DNA of 64,000 bases from the human T2T-CHM13v2.0 reference genome, Homo sapiens, in the NCBI RefSeq assembly GCF_009914755.1, contig NC_060948.1, one strand, 5' to 3'. Positions within the stretch are counted from its first letter, which is position 1. Every line of letters begins with the position of its first letter. Shown one piece after another: positions 30,179 through 42,590 of the stretch. The notes under the pieces are model-generated. The model ran no database searches and was not told where the DNA came from. It saw nothing but the letters and a program-made list of their open reading frames with translations. A program made the translations under genes and the position numbers.

Positions 30179-32818
30179 CCCCAGACCAACCACTCCAGAG
30201 AAAACATAATGACTGAGCCATAGTAGTGGCCTGAGAAAAATAAAAATTCTAAAAACATGAACCAATCTGCAAAAAAGACTATTCCCACAACATCCCAGGA
30301 GAACTTGACCTGCCCCATATTCTAATAGGGTGAAAGGGCCCATACAAGTAGAAATTTCAAAGAATCTCTAAGTAGGTTACCTACTATCTTTTGTGTACAT
30401 AAAATCTGTACATTTTCTTGAGGTTTATTTAGGCATTGTTTCACATAATAAATCCCAGTGAGTACTCAACCACCCTCTGACCTGGTAAAAATGCTGCTGG
30501 TTAACTTATCGATGCTGTTGCTAACTAATGAAAGATAACTAATAATTGTTTATACAATTTTAATACTTGTCTTAGTGCTTCTTTATTTAATTTTTAATAA
30601 TTCAGTAGGCTAATGTTTATAATGTGTGCTATTAATATATCCTCTCTTTGGAACCTCATAAAAAAAACTGCACATAAGAATGCATTTACTACTATGGTTT
30701 TCATAAGGATAAACTTGGACAGAAACTATTAATACATTCTAAAGCATAAATTTAGTAAAATAATATGCTATCACCATTAATTTTATTACTGAACTAATTA
30801 AGTTTTTTTGTCTAAGATGAATGGGATCATTTGAAATTAATTACTTGAAAAACTTGAATGCATTCATGTTTTAGTATGAACTTTAGTATGCCAATTTTCT
30901 AAAGAGTACAGTTAATATTACTCATTCCTCATTCTGTTCAACAGTTTATTAAGCATGTACTGCACATTTGGAACTTGGAGATCCATAGGTTGATGCATAA
31001 TATATGAAAACTACCTTCTCTGACATAAAAAAATTATGTGTTTTTATGTCAAACACAAGCAAGATATGAAAGCATACTTTTAATAACACTTTCAATTCTA
31101 AACTCTTCTGAAACTGACATTCATTCAAATTTCTCAATAAGCTTACAAACACAATCTTTATCCTAGTATCCTAGTATTGTTCTCTATACTATTCTGCAAT
31201 TAAAATATTTCATTGCAAAATCTACTCTATATTTTATTTTCCCCTACATTATTTTCTTAATACCAGTGAAAATAAAGTAATGTAAAGACAAGACGCAGAA
31301 GATCAGCGAGAAAATGTGGCATGAGCTGAGACCTGAGAGAAGAATGAAACTCCAATCAATTGCAGAAGGGACTTGACTATCAGGCAAAGGAAATTAGAAC
31401 TGATTTCATGGTAATCTCAGAACCTTCATATTTTCTCTCTCTGTCTTACTTTCTTCTATGCAAGTTCTTTCTTAGTTTCCGGGTGTGGGTACCTTGTTTA
31501 CATGGTTACTTTGATTCAGATGTCATCAAGAAATTTAAAAAAGAGTTTCAATCCAGCAGTTAATAGATGTAATATGAACAAGAAACCAGCAATTATTTTA
31601 TTTCATTATTTTATTTTTTCTCACTTTCATAAAGCTAAGTGAAACACTTCAGATTTAAGAAATTCTCCACTTTCCTGGGGCAAAATTAAGCTCTAAAGTT
31701 CAGAGGTTAGTAGAAAAGCAAGCATCACTTCCCATCTGACTACAAACAAAAGAAAACTAACCTTGCAGCCAGGACAGCAGGAATCTGGCTGGGTACAACC
31801 ACAATCAAAGCTGCTGTGTAGATCAGCTGGCAATGCATCTTGAGTGGTAATCTGGGAGCATGCCACCACCACAATGCTTTGAACCCTAGTTAGCAAATAC
31901 CAACTTCTAAGATAAAGTCTGTCTTCTATGAGTAACGATTAGGGCCATAATGTTGTCAAACCCAAAGGAAAGCATCTTTTCTTATCCTATTCCCATTATA
32001 AATTAGACGTACTTTGTAAATAAATACTGCTTAACATTACCTAGTTTTTCAGCAAATACAAAAGTTTTATAAGTTCAAAAGTTATGTGTATTCTGAGGTA
32101 GGTATATTAACAGGAAATATAACATGATATGCTCTTCACCTTTTCAAAGGTAAAATGAATATATAATTACAGAACCATATATTAAACTTTCAGAGGAATA
32201 CAGAGAAATGTAGAGACATGCAACTAATCCCATGATGAATATAAATAAATGAAAAATAGGAAGAAAAATCACAGACTGTAATGATAAAATAAGAGTCATA
32301 GTTGTTTTCTTTTTCTTTCATGTTTGTAAAAACGTAATAATTGTTTGACACCTGAAAATGTGATACTAATTCTCTTAATTAACATGATACTAAATATTTT
32401 CCTCCAAGGTTTTTGTAGCCTTTAGTTTAGACAAAATTAAGTTTAGCTGATGCAACATTTTAAGGGATAATTTACTTAGCAAATACTACTTTGGAATTGT
32501 AGGAAAACTTTTTTTATTACAATTTGTATAGTTTTATCAATTTTAAAACTAATGGAAATTTTGAATAAAGACAAAAGCTGTGAAAAAAGAAAACAGCTCA
32601 GTGTGTATTATATCTAAAATGCTACTAACTTTCTTCTCCTTCTAAAAGAAATAAATTTTAATCATGACAAAGAATTTCTAAATATACTCTTAAGAAGTAC
32701 GAAAACGGTGTTGGGAAAACAGGCTAGCCATGTGCAGAAAACTGAAACCGGACCCATTACTTACACAATTTACAAAAATCAATTCAAGATGGATCAAAGA
32801 CTTAAATGTAAGACCTAG

Positions 32819-33551
32819 TGAGAGGTGAAGCCAGCTGAGCTTCTGGGCAGGGTGGGAACTTGGAGAACTTTTGTGCCTAGCTAAAGGATTGTAAATGCAC
32901 CAATCAGCACTCTGTGTCTAGCTAAAGGATTGTAAACACATCAGTCAGCACTCTGTAAAATGCACCAGTCAGCAATCTGTAAAATGCACCAATCAGCACT
33001 CTTTAAAAGGGACCAATCAGCACTCTGTAAAAGGGACCAATCAGCCCTCTGTCAAATGGACCAGTCAGCAGGATATGGGGGGGGGGGGGGGTCAAATAAG
33101 GGTTGGCCACTCAGCCAACAATGGTAATCTGCTGGGGTCCCCTTCCATGCTGTGTAAGCTTTGTTCTTTCACTCTTCACAATAAATCTTGCTGCCGCTCA
33201 CTCTTTGAGTCCTCACTACCTTTTTGAGCTGTAACACTCCCCACAAGCATCTGTGGCTTCATTCCTGAAGTCAGTGAGACCATGAACCCACCAGGAGGAA
33301 CAAACGACTCCAGACCCACTACCTTTAAGAGCTGTAACACTCACTGCGAAGGTCTGTGGCTTCACTCCCAAAGTCAGTGAGACCACAAACCAACCAGAAG
33401 GAAGAAACTTTGGACACATCTGAACATCTGAAGGAAAAAACGCTGGACACACCATCTTTAAGAGCTGTAACACTCACCGTGAGGGTCCGTGGCTTCATTC
33501 TTCAAGTCAGCATGACCAAGAACCCACCAGAAGGAATAAATTCCAGACCCA
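32819..33551 (+). mobile_element. LTR12 5' LTR
   Basis: tgagaggtgaagccagctg start; U3 tandem accaatcagcactctg repeats; aataaa at 33180; three U5 gagctgtaacactc repeats. Confidence 0.92.
32895..33070 (+). promoter_or_regulatory. ERV9 U3 enhancer repeats with CCAAT (NF-Y type) boxes
   Basis: About seven (c)ca(a/g)tcagca-type units, four of which keep an intact CCAAT; function inferred from known LTR12 biology. Confidence 0.6.
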
Positions 33552-33572
33552 TTTTGGCAACCATGAAGGCAT
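33552..33572 (+). other. Primer-binding site (tRNA-Arg type, degenerate)
   Basis: ttttggcaaccatgaagg directly follows the LTR and matches the HERV9 PBS tggcgaccacgaaggg with CpG decay. Confidence 0.7.
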
Positions 33573-34790
33573 TATTGACTATTACTAAGTGGTGAGTGCC
33601 ATTGGACCCTTTTCACCTGCTATTCCATCCTACTTTTCCTTAGAATTCTGGGGCTAAATACTGGGCTCTTAAAAGTGGCTAGCATGGCCACTGGACTAAA
33701 GACAGAGGTGTCAGAGTTTCTGAGAAAGCGCTCTCTAACAACTGCTGACTCTTTGGAGTTGGAAGCATTGGTTTGCCTGGAACCAGCTTCACTTTTTCTG
33801 TACTTCTGGGCTGAGCCAAGAGTCGACAGAGGGGAAAGCCATTCAGCTCCGAGGTCCAACAACAAGTTGGTTGACCCTGTAGTCATGAGTGGAACTCTCA
33901 AAGTTACATTGCCCAAGAAAGACTCGCCCATCTATCCTATCTATCCTGACCCATGCCTCCTGGGTCCTAATGTCTGTTAGACAAACTTCCTTGCCCCTCT
34001 CTTCTCTGAGGCTAGTCTTGCTTCTAAAAACCATTCCCTGTTTATTTTGCTATTCTAGTTTCTTCAATAAGAATGATTTCTAGTATAAACTCTAGGACTC
34101 TATTCCCTTCGTTAGGCACCTGGACTCACCAATCCGAAAGACATAATTTTTGCTGAAAGCCCCATGATAGTGGGGACTATCTGGAATTTAAGGATCCCTC
34201 CTCAGACAAGCAGACCTAACAAAAACTATTCCTGAAGCTAGGATATGAGGAACCTCAGAAATGTTATCCTTCCTATTCAAGTGAGGACAAAAGATGTCAC
34301 TCTTCCAACCCTGGTGATCCTTTCCTTCCCTCAGGGTATGGCTCTCCACTTCATTTTTGGGGCATAACATCTTCATAGGAGAATGTGAAGGTCCTAATAC
34401 TAACAGGAGAATGCTTAGGACTCTAACACGTTTTTGATAATGCATCAGTATGGGCCACTAAATCCAATTTTTCTCAGTCCTCTTTGTGGTCTAGGACAGG
34501 CAAGGGTGCAGATTTTTGAGAATGCATCAGTAAGGGCCACTAAATCTGACATTGCTCAGTCCTCCTTGTGGTCTAGGAGGAAAACTAGTGTTTCTGCTGC
34601 TGCATCAGTGTGCACAACTATTCTGATCAGCAGGGTCCAGGGACCATTGCAGTTTCTTGGGCAGGAGTTGTTTCCACTACTGCATCAGTAAGAGCAACTA
34701 TTGTGATCATCAGTGTCCAGGGACCATTGTGGGTTCTTGGGCAGGGGGAGAAACAAACAAACCAAAACCACGGGTGGTTTTGTCTTTCAG

Positions 34791-36203
34791 ATATGAAACA
34801 CTCAGGAATCAACAGGCTCACCCTTGAAATGCATCCTAAGCCATTGGGACCAATTTGACCCACAAGCCCTGAAAAAGAGGTGGCTCATTGTTTCTGCACT
34901 ACAGCTTGGCCCCAAAATTCTTTCTGATGGGGAAAAATGGCCACCTGAGGGAAGTATAAATTACCATACTATCCGGCAGCTTGACCTTTTCTGTAAGAGG
35001 GAAGACAAATGGAGTGAAATACCTTATGTCCAAACTTTCTTTTCACTAAAGGAGAATCCACAACTATGCAAAGCTTGCAATTTAAATCCTGCAGGAGGAC
35101 CTCTCAGTTTACCCCCATATACTAGCCTCCCTATAGCTCCCCTTCTATTAATGATAAGCCTCCTCTAATCTCCCCTGCCCACAAGGAAACAAGCAAAGAA
35201 ATCCCCAAAGGACCACACAAACCCCTGGGCTATCAATTATGTCCCCTTCAAGCTGTAGGGGATGGGAATTTGGCCCAAACTGGGTACATGTCCCCTTCTC
35301 CCTCTCTGATTTAAAGCAGATCAAGGCAGACCTGGGGAAGTTTTCAGATGATCCTAATACATATAAAGATGTCCTACAGGGTCTAGGGCAAGCCTTCAAT
35401 CTCACTTGGAGAGATGTCATGCTATTGTTAGATCAAACCCTGGCCTTTAATGAAAATAAGGTGGTCAAGTAAATGATAGAATGGCAACTGAAGAAAGGGA
35501 CAAATTCCCTACTGGTCAGCAAGCCATCCCCAGTATGGATTCCCCTTGGGATCTAGACTCAGATCATGGGGACTGGAGTCATAAACAGCTGTTGGCCTGT
35601 GTTCTAGAAGGACTAAGGAAAATGAGGAAAAATCCCATTAATTATTCAGTGATGTCCATCATAACTCAGGGGAAGGAAGAAAATACTCCTGCCTTCCTCA
35701 AGCAGCTATGGGAGGCCTTAAGAAAATATACTCTCCTGTCACCCATCTCCCTCAAGGGTCAATTGATACTAAAAGATAAGTTCATTACCCAATCAGCAGC
35801 AGATATCAGGAGAAAGCCCCAAAAGTGAGCCCCAGGCCTTCAACAAAGTCTGGAGGCATTATTAAACCTGGAAATGTTGGTGTTCTATAATAGGGACCAA
35901 GAGGAACAGGCCAAAAAGGAAAAGTGAGATCAGTAAAAGGTCACAGCTTTAGTCTTGGCCCTCAGACAAACAAACCTTGGTGGTTCAGAGGGGACAGAAA
36001 ATGGAGCAGGCCAATCACCAAGTAGGGCTTTTTATCTGTGTGCTTTGCAAGGACACTTTAAAAAAGATTGTCCAATGAGAAACAAGCTGTCACCTTGCCC
36101 ATGTCCACTATGCTGAGGCAATCATTGGAAGGCACACTGCCCCAGATGACAAAGGTTCTTTGGGCCACAAGCCCCCAAGCAGACAATCCAGCAACAAGAC
36201 TGA
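34791..36203 (+). pseudogene. HERV9 gag, disrupted
   Basis: LKCILSHWDQFDPQALKKR, WPPEGSINY, VHVPFSLSDLKQIKADLGKFSDDP, ITQGKEEN, KFITQSAADIRRK and a zinc knuckle near 36030-36070; many stops and frameshifts. Confidence 0.9.
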
Positions 36204-38400
36204 GGGTATGTAGGGCAAGCGCCAGCTCGTGTCATCATCCTCACTGAGCCCCAGGTACATTTAACCATTGATGGCCAGGAAATTGGCTCCCTCCTGGACA
36301 CTGATGTGGCTTTCTCAGTGTCAATCTCCTGTCCTGGACAGCTGTCCTCAAGGTCCACTACCATCTGAGGAATCCTGGGACAACATGTAACCAGGTATTT
36401 CACCCACCACCTCAGTTGTAATTGGGAGAATTTGCTCTTTTCCCACACCTTTCTCATTATGCCTGAAAGTCCCACACCCTTATTAGGGAGGGGTATATTA
36501 GCCAAAGCTGGAGCTATTATCTACATAAATATAGGAAACAAGGTACCCATTTGTTGTCCCCTACTTGAGGAGGGAATCAACCCTGAAGTCTGGGCATTGG
36601 AAGGACAATTTGGAAGGGCAAAAAAATGCCCACCAAATCCAAATCAGAATAAAAGTCCCCATAACTTTTCCTTATCAAAGGCAATATCCCTTAAGGCTTG
36701 AAGCTCATAAAGGATTACAGGATATTGTTAAACATTTAATAGCAAAAGGCTTAGTAAGCAAAGGCAGCAGTCCCTGCAACACCCCAATTCTAGGCATTCA
36801 AAAACCGAATGATCAGTGGAGAATAGTGCAAGATCTTAGACTCATAAATCAGGCAGTAATTCCTGTATATCCAGTTGTACCAAAACCGTATACCCTGCTC
36901 TCTCAAATGCCAGAGGAAGCAGAATTGTTCGCTGTTTTAGACCTCAAGGATGCCTTCTTCTGTATTGCCCTGCACTCTCATTCCCAGTTTCTCTTTGCCT
37001 TTGAGGATCCCACAGACCACACATCCCAACTTACGTGGACGGTCTTGCCCCAACGGTTTAGGGATAGCCCTCATCTTTTGGTCAGGCACTGGCCCAAGAT
37101 CTAGGCAACTTCTCAAGTCCAGGCACTGTGATCCTTCAGTATGTGATTACTTTTGGCTACCAGTTCAGCTATTCTAAATCTCTTGAACTTTCTAGCTAAT
37201 CAAGGGTATAATGTGTCTAGGTCAAAGGACCAGCTTTGCATACAGCAGGTCAAATATCTAGGCCTAATCTTAGCCATTGGGACCAGGGCCCTCAGCAAGG
37301 AATGAATGCAGCCTATACCGGCTTATCCTCACCTTAAGACATTAAAACAGTTGTGGGGGTTCCTTGGAATCACTGGCTGTTGCTAACTATGTATCCCCAG
37401 ATACAGCGAGGTGACCAGATCATGCATACGCTAATCAAGGAGACCCAGAGGGCAAACACTCATCTAGTAGAAGAAGAACCAGAGGCAGAAACAGCCTTCA
37501 AAAACTTAAAGCAGGCCCTAGTACAAGCTACAGCTTTAAGCCTTCCCACAGGGAAAAAACTTATCTTTATACATCACAGAGAGAGGAGGAATAGCTCTTG
37601 GAGTCCTTACTCAGACAAGTGGGACAACCCCACAACCAGTGGCATACTTAAGTAAGGAAATTGCTATAGTAACAAAAGTCTGGCCTCACTGTTTATGGGT
37701 AGTTGTGGTGGTGGACAGCTTAGTGTGAGAGGCTATCAAAATAATACAAGGAGAGGATCTCACTGTTCTGACTACTCATGATGTAAATGGCATACTAGGT
37801 GCCAAAGGAAGTTTATGGCTATCAGACGACTGCCTACTTAGATACCAGCCACTAGTCCTTGAGGGACCAGTGCTTCAGATACATACGTGTGTTGCTTTCA
37901 ACCCCGCCACTTTTCTCCCGGAGGATGGGGAACCAATTGAGCATGACTGCCAACAAATTACAGTCCAGATTTATGCTGCCTGAGAGGATCTCTTAGAAGT
38001 CCCCTTAGCTATTCCTGACTTTAACCTATATACTGATGGAAGTTCATTTGTGGAGAATGGGATACAAAGAGTAGGTTATGCCATAGTTAGTGATGTAACA
38101 GGATTTGAAAGTAAGCCTCTTCTCCCAGGGAGAAGTGGCCAGTTAGCAGAAATAGTGGTGCTTAGCCAAACCTTAGAACTGGGAGGGAAGAAGCATACAA
38201 GTGTATACAGACAGTAAGTATGCTTATCTAATCTTACATGCCCATGCTGCAATATGGAAAGAAAGGGAGTTTCTAACCTCTGGAGGAATGCCCATTAAAT
38301 ATCACAAGGAAATCATGGAGTTATTTCATTCAGTGCAAAAACCCAAGGAGGTGGTAGTCTTACACTGATGAAGCCATCAAAAGGGGAAGGAGAGGGGAAA
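36204..38400 (+). pseudogene. HERV9 pro-pol (protease, RT, RNase H), disrupted; integrase absent
   Basis: LLDTDVAFS (DTG-like site), SPCNTPILGIQKPNDQWRIVQDLRLIN, LDLKDAFF, LPQRFRDSP, and RNase H LYTDGSSFVENG at ~38026. Confidence 0.9.
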
Positions 38401-39150
38401 ACAGCAGCATAAGCAGCTGGCAGAAGCAAGAAAGACCAGCAAAAAGGAAAGAGAGAAAGAGACAGAAAGTCAGCGAGAAAGAGAGAGACAAAGGAGTCAA
38501 AGAAAGAGACAAAGGGAAGTAGTAAAGAAAAAACAGTGGACCCTATTCCTTTAAAAGCCAGGGTAAATTTAAAACCTATCATTGATAATTGAAGGTCTTC
38601 TCCATTACCCTATAACACTCCAATACCATCTTGTTATCAGTGTAAACAAGGGCATAACCCAAAAGTACTAAGTCCACTGACAATCCATAGGCTTCCTATC
38701 AAAAATCCTTAACCCAGCAGTTTTCCTAACAGGGGATCTAAATCTTAATTAATTACCATACAAAGGTCTGATCAGACCTAGGAGGAACTCCCTTCAGGAC
38801 AGGACAAGAGATGGTTCCTCCCAGGCAATTAAGGGAAAAAGACACAATGGGTATTCAGTAAGTGATAAGGAAACTCCCGTAGAAGCGGAGTTAGGAAAAT
38901 TGCCTAATAATTGGTCTGCTGAAACATGTGGGCCGTTTGCACTCAGCCAAATGTTAAAGTACTTAACAGAATCAGGAAGGAGCCATCTATACCAATTCTA
39001 AGTTAATATGGACTGAATGAGGTCTTATTAATAGCAAAGAATAATTGAAATCCCAAACTTAAAAGGTTTTCAACAACAGTAAAATTTGCTAAAACTTAAC
39101 AGTATAATGTCTATTATCCTAACTTCTCATCTTGAGGAAATCAGACCCTA

Positions 39151-39347
39151 TTGGCACCACTCAAACCTCAAGTCCAACAGCACAGAGCCATACAACTAAT
39201 TACCCTATGTATAGGGTTAGGAATGGCTACTGCTACAGGAACTGGAATACCCAGTTTATCTACTTCATTATCCTACATTATCCTACTACACACACTTTCA
39301 AATGATTTATCAGATAGTTTGCAAGAAATAGTGAAATCTATTCTTAC
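39151..39347 (+). pseudogene. HERV9 env TM fragment (fusion peptide region)
   Basis: RAIQLITLCIGLGMATATGTGIPSLSTSLSY..LSNDLSDSLQEIVKSILT, a gammaretrovirus-type TM N-terminus. Confidence 0.8.
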
Positions 39348-40413
39348 ACATTAAAACAGTTGTGGGGGTTCCTTGGAATCACTGGCTGTTGCTAACTATG
39401 TATCCCTAGATACAGCGAGGTGACCAGATCATGCATACGCTAATCAAGGAGACCCAGAGGGCAAATACTCATCTAGTAGAAGAACCAGAGGCAGAAACAC
39501 TCACTGCGAGGGTCCACAGCTTCATTCTTGAAGTCAGTGAGACCAAGAACCCACTGGAAGGAATACATTCCAGACACACTAGGGCCATTAGAATCCTAGA
39601 AGAAAACCTTGGCAGTAGTATTCATGACATAGGCATGGGCAAAGACTTCATGTAGAAACACAAAAAGCAACGGCAACAAAAGACAAAATTGACAAATGGG
39701 ATCTAATTAAACTAAAGAGCTACTGCGCAGCAAAAGAAACTACCATCAGAGTAAACAGCCAACCTACAGAATGGGAGAAAATTTTTGCAATCTAACCATC
39801 TGACAATGGGCTAATATCCAGAATCTATGAAGAACTTAAACAAATTTACAAGAATAAAACAAACAACCCCATCAAAAAATGGGCAAAGGATATGAACAGA
39901 CACTACTCAAAAGAAGACATTTGTGCAGCCAACAGAAATATGAAAAAATACTCATCATCACTCGTCATGAGAGAAATGCAAATAAAAACCACAATGAGAT
40001 ACCATCTCACTCCAGTTAGAATGGCAATCATTAAAATGTCAGGAAACAACAGATCCTGGAGAGATTGTAGAAAAATAGGAATGCTTTTATGCTGTCAGTG
40101 GGAGTGTAAATTAGTTCAACCACTGTGGAAGGCCGTGTAGTGATTCCTCAAGTGTCTAGAATGGGAAATTCCATTTGACCCAGCAACCCCATTACTGGGC
40201 ATATACCAAAGGATTATAAATCATTCTGTGATAAAGACACATGCACATGTATGTTTATCGCAGCACTATTCACAATAGCAAAGACTTGCACTCCCAAAAA
40301 AGAAGGGGAAGAAAGGAACCACACTGTCAAATCAGCAAGTAATCAGTAAGACCTTGGTCTGCACTCGAGGTCAACACGTTCTGGGGAAAGCTGGTTCAAG
40401 CTGCATTTTCATT

Positions 40414-41951
40414 ATGGGACAAAAGTTATCAGCACAGCAGAAACAGTATATAAAAGTATTGAAACAGTTGCTTATGACTAGCAGAGCTTCAATCTCACAG
40501 GTTCAATTAAAGAAATTAATATTAACTGTGGTCTCATATAATCCATGGTTCCCAGAAGAAGGAACACTAGATGTTGAACTGTGGGAATGAGTAGGAATGA
40601 ATCTTAAACAATATTATGCACAGGGGCATCAGGTCCCAGCATCAGCTTTAACATGACAGGCTTTACTAAGGATGGCTTTAGTCCCATTATACACAGAAGA
40701 ACATGAAAAGAAGGAGGGAGAAACATCACCTGCCTTATCGCCTCCTTTTCCCTCAGTCCCACTATCACTGGGCCAAAATAACAAAGATAAAATGGGAGGT
40801 TTGCCTAAGCCCCCTCGTACTATAATTGGAAAAAATGATACAAAATATGCTTCAGCTATGGGAACTTGTCTTAAACAAGTGGCATTAGAAGGAGAGTTCT
40901 TAGTCTGTGCAGTAAGGCAAGACTGAGAGGGTCATCAAGTACATGAACCCATTTCCTTTCACACTTACAAAGAACTAAGAAAAAGCATTAAAGAAAATGG
41001 ATCTGCTAGAACATTTACAAAAGGAATGATTGAGGCCTTAGCAGACCACTTCTGTATGGCCCAATGGGACTGGTCAATGCTGGGTAAAGCAACTCTGGAG
41101 CATAGCCCATTCCTCCTCTGGAAGGCAGAATATGACGAGTAGTGCAAACCACAAGCCAACCAGAATCAGGCAGCCAGGCAAAATATAACAGCTGATAAAC
41201 TCTGGGGGAGGGATCCTCATGCTGATGTACAAAAACAACTAAATTTTGATCCCCCGGCTTATGCTCAAGTGTCTTTGTGCACTCTCAGAGCTTGGGACCA
41301 AATTGCCAAGAGCAGAGTTTAGCAGGGGTCTTATGTAAATGTTTGACAAAGGCCTCATGAGCCATTCGTTGAGTTTATGGATTGGTTAACTCAGGCAATT
41401 AAGAGGCAAATTGGTCGCACCCAGGTCACTCCTATCTTATTTTTGCAATTGGCTTTTGAAAACGCTAATGCCAGCAGTCAATGCAGGCAATCAAGGGAAA
41501 GGCAAACAACATCGGGGAGATGATATAAGCGTGTCACTTGGTAGGAACTGAAACAAACAAGGCCAGAATATTAGCCATGACATTAAGACCTCCTAAAGTG
41601 AGAAGGGAGGGAAACCAAAATTGTTTTCTACGTGGAGTGAAAGGTCATGTGAAGAGGCAATGCCCCTATAGTGAAAACCAAGCTAACTCAGGGAAAGAAC
41701 CCTCTTCTATATGTCCCAGCTGTACGAAAGGGAAACATTGGGCAAATCAATGCAGGTCTAAATTTTATAAGAATGGCAAACTCATAGGAAATCACTTGGG
41801 AAACTTCATGAGGAGCCAGCCTCAGACCCCGCTCCCAACTGGGGCAATGCCAATGGCTTTCCTCAGTCAGCTGAAAAGCCCACAGTCCTCTCTCTCAGAG
41901 CAGCCACTACTGGGAGTACAGGACTGTACTTTCTCTGCCCCAATGAATTAG
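40414..41951 (+). pseudogene. HML-5 gag, disrupted
   Basis: MGQKLSAQQKQYIKVLKQLL..NPWFPEEGTLDVELWE; knuckles CFLRGVKGHVKRQC and CPSCTKGKHWANQC. Confidence 0.88.
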
Positions 41952-42590
41952 TGCTAAAGGAGGGAGAAGGCCCTAAAAGGGTTGCAACTGGGATCCCTGG
42001 CCTGCTGCCTCTGGGAACAGTAGGATTAGTCCTGGGGCGGTCTAGCCTAACCAGTAAAGGAATGAATGTGCTCCCTGGGGTAATTGATAGTGATTACCAA
42101 GGTGAGATATTGGTTATGATGGAATGTAAAAGTCTGCATATTCTTCACCTTGGATCAAAAATAGCTTAGTTAAAGATTGTACCATACTGGGTCCCTAAGG
42201 CCCATGGGTAGGAAAGGGGAAAGGGAAGTTTTGGAAGCACAGGAGCTACAGGAGTGTATTGGAATCAATTAATCACTCTTCAGAGACCCAAGATTACCTT
42301 AAAAATTGGTAATAATAATTTTACTGGCTTATTGGACACAGGGGCAGACATTTCAATCATTAGTGATCAGAACTGGCCAGAAACTTGGCCTTGGGTGACT
42401 CAAAAACAGAAAATTGTCAGCACCAGGGATGCACACACTGCCAAACAGAGCATGCACCCCCAAACATACTGTGATTCAGAAGGAAGAAAGGCAGTTATAC
42501 AACCTCTGATCATGCCCATCCCTGTTAATCTTTGGGAAGGGGGCCTGTTAGCCCAATGGTGAGGGGGGTGCATTCTGCACACCCTTTTCT
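41930..42590 (+). pseudogene. HML-5 dUTPase-protease, disrupted
   Basis: GLVLGRSSLTSKG..PGVIDSDYQGEI and RGKGSFGSTG (dUTPase); TGLLDTGADISII (aspartyl protease). Confidence 0.9.

Larger units (their letters stand above)
32819..39578 (+). mobile_element. Defective HERV9 (LTR12) provirus
   Basis: 5' LTR 32819-33551, PBS, gag/pro/pol/env remnants and a 79-bp 3' LTR remnant at 39500-39578. Exact 4-bp TSD ctag at 32815-32818 and 39579-39582. Confidence 0.92.
32704..40288 (+). mobile_element. L1PA7/8-like ORF2 fragment (32704-32818 and 39579-40288) split by HERV9; 3' end missing
   Basis: gacttaaatgtaagacctag | ggccattagaatcctagaagaaaacc is contiguous L1 ORF2 once the provirus is removed. Homology stops at cacaatagcaaagacttg with no 3'UTR or polyA. 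Confidence 0.88.

Noticed and set aside
33220-33551. Repeat-spacer-like pattern (gagctgtaacactc...) resembling a CRISPR array
   Set aside because: These are LTR12 U5 tandem repeats; the intervening sequences are homologous, the DNA is eukaryotic and there are no cas genes.
36565-37104. 179-aa RT ORF as a functional or domesticated gene
   Set aside because: It has a non-ATG start, frameshifts before the YxDD motif, and is surrounded by stops.
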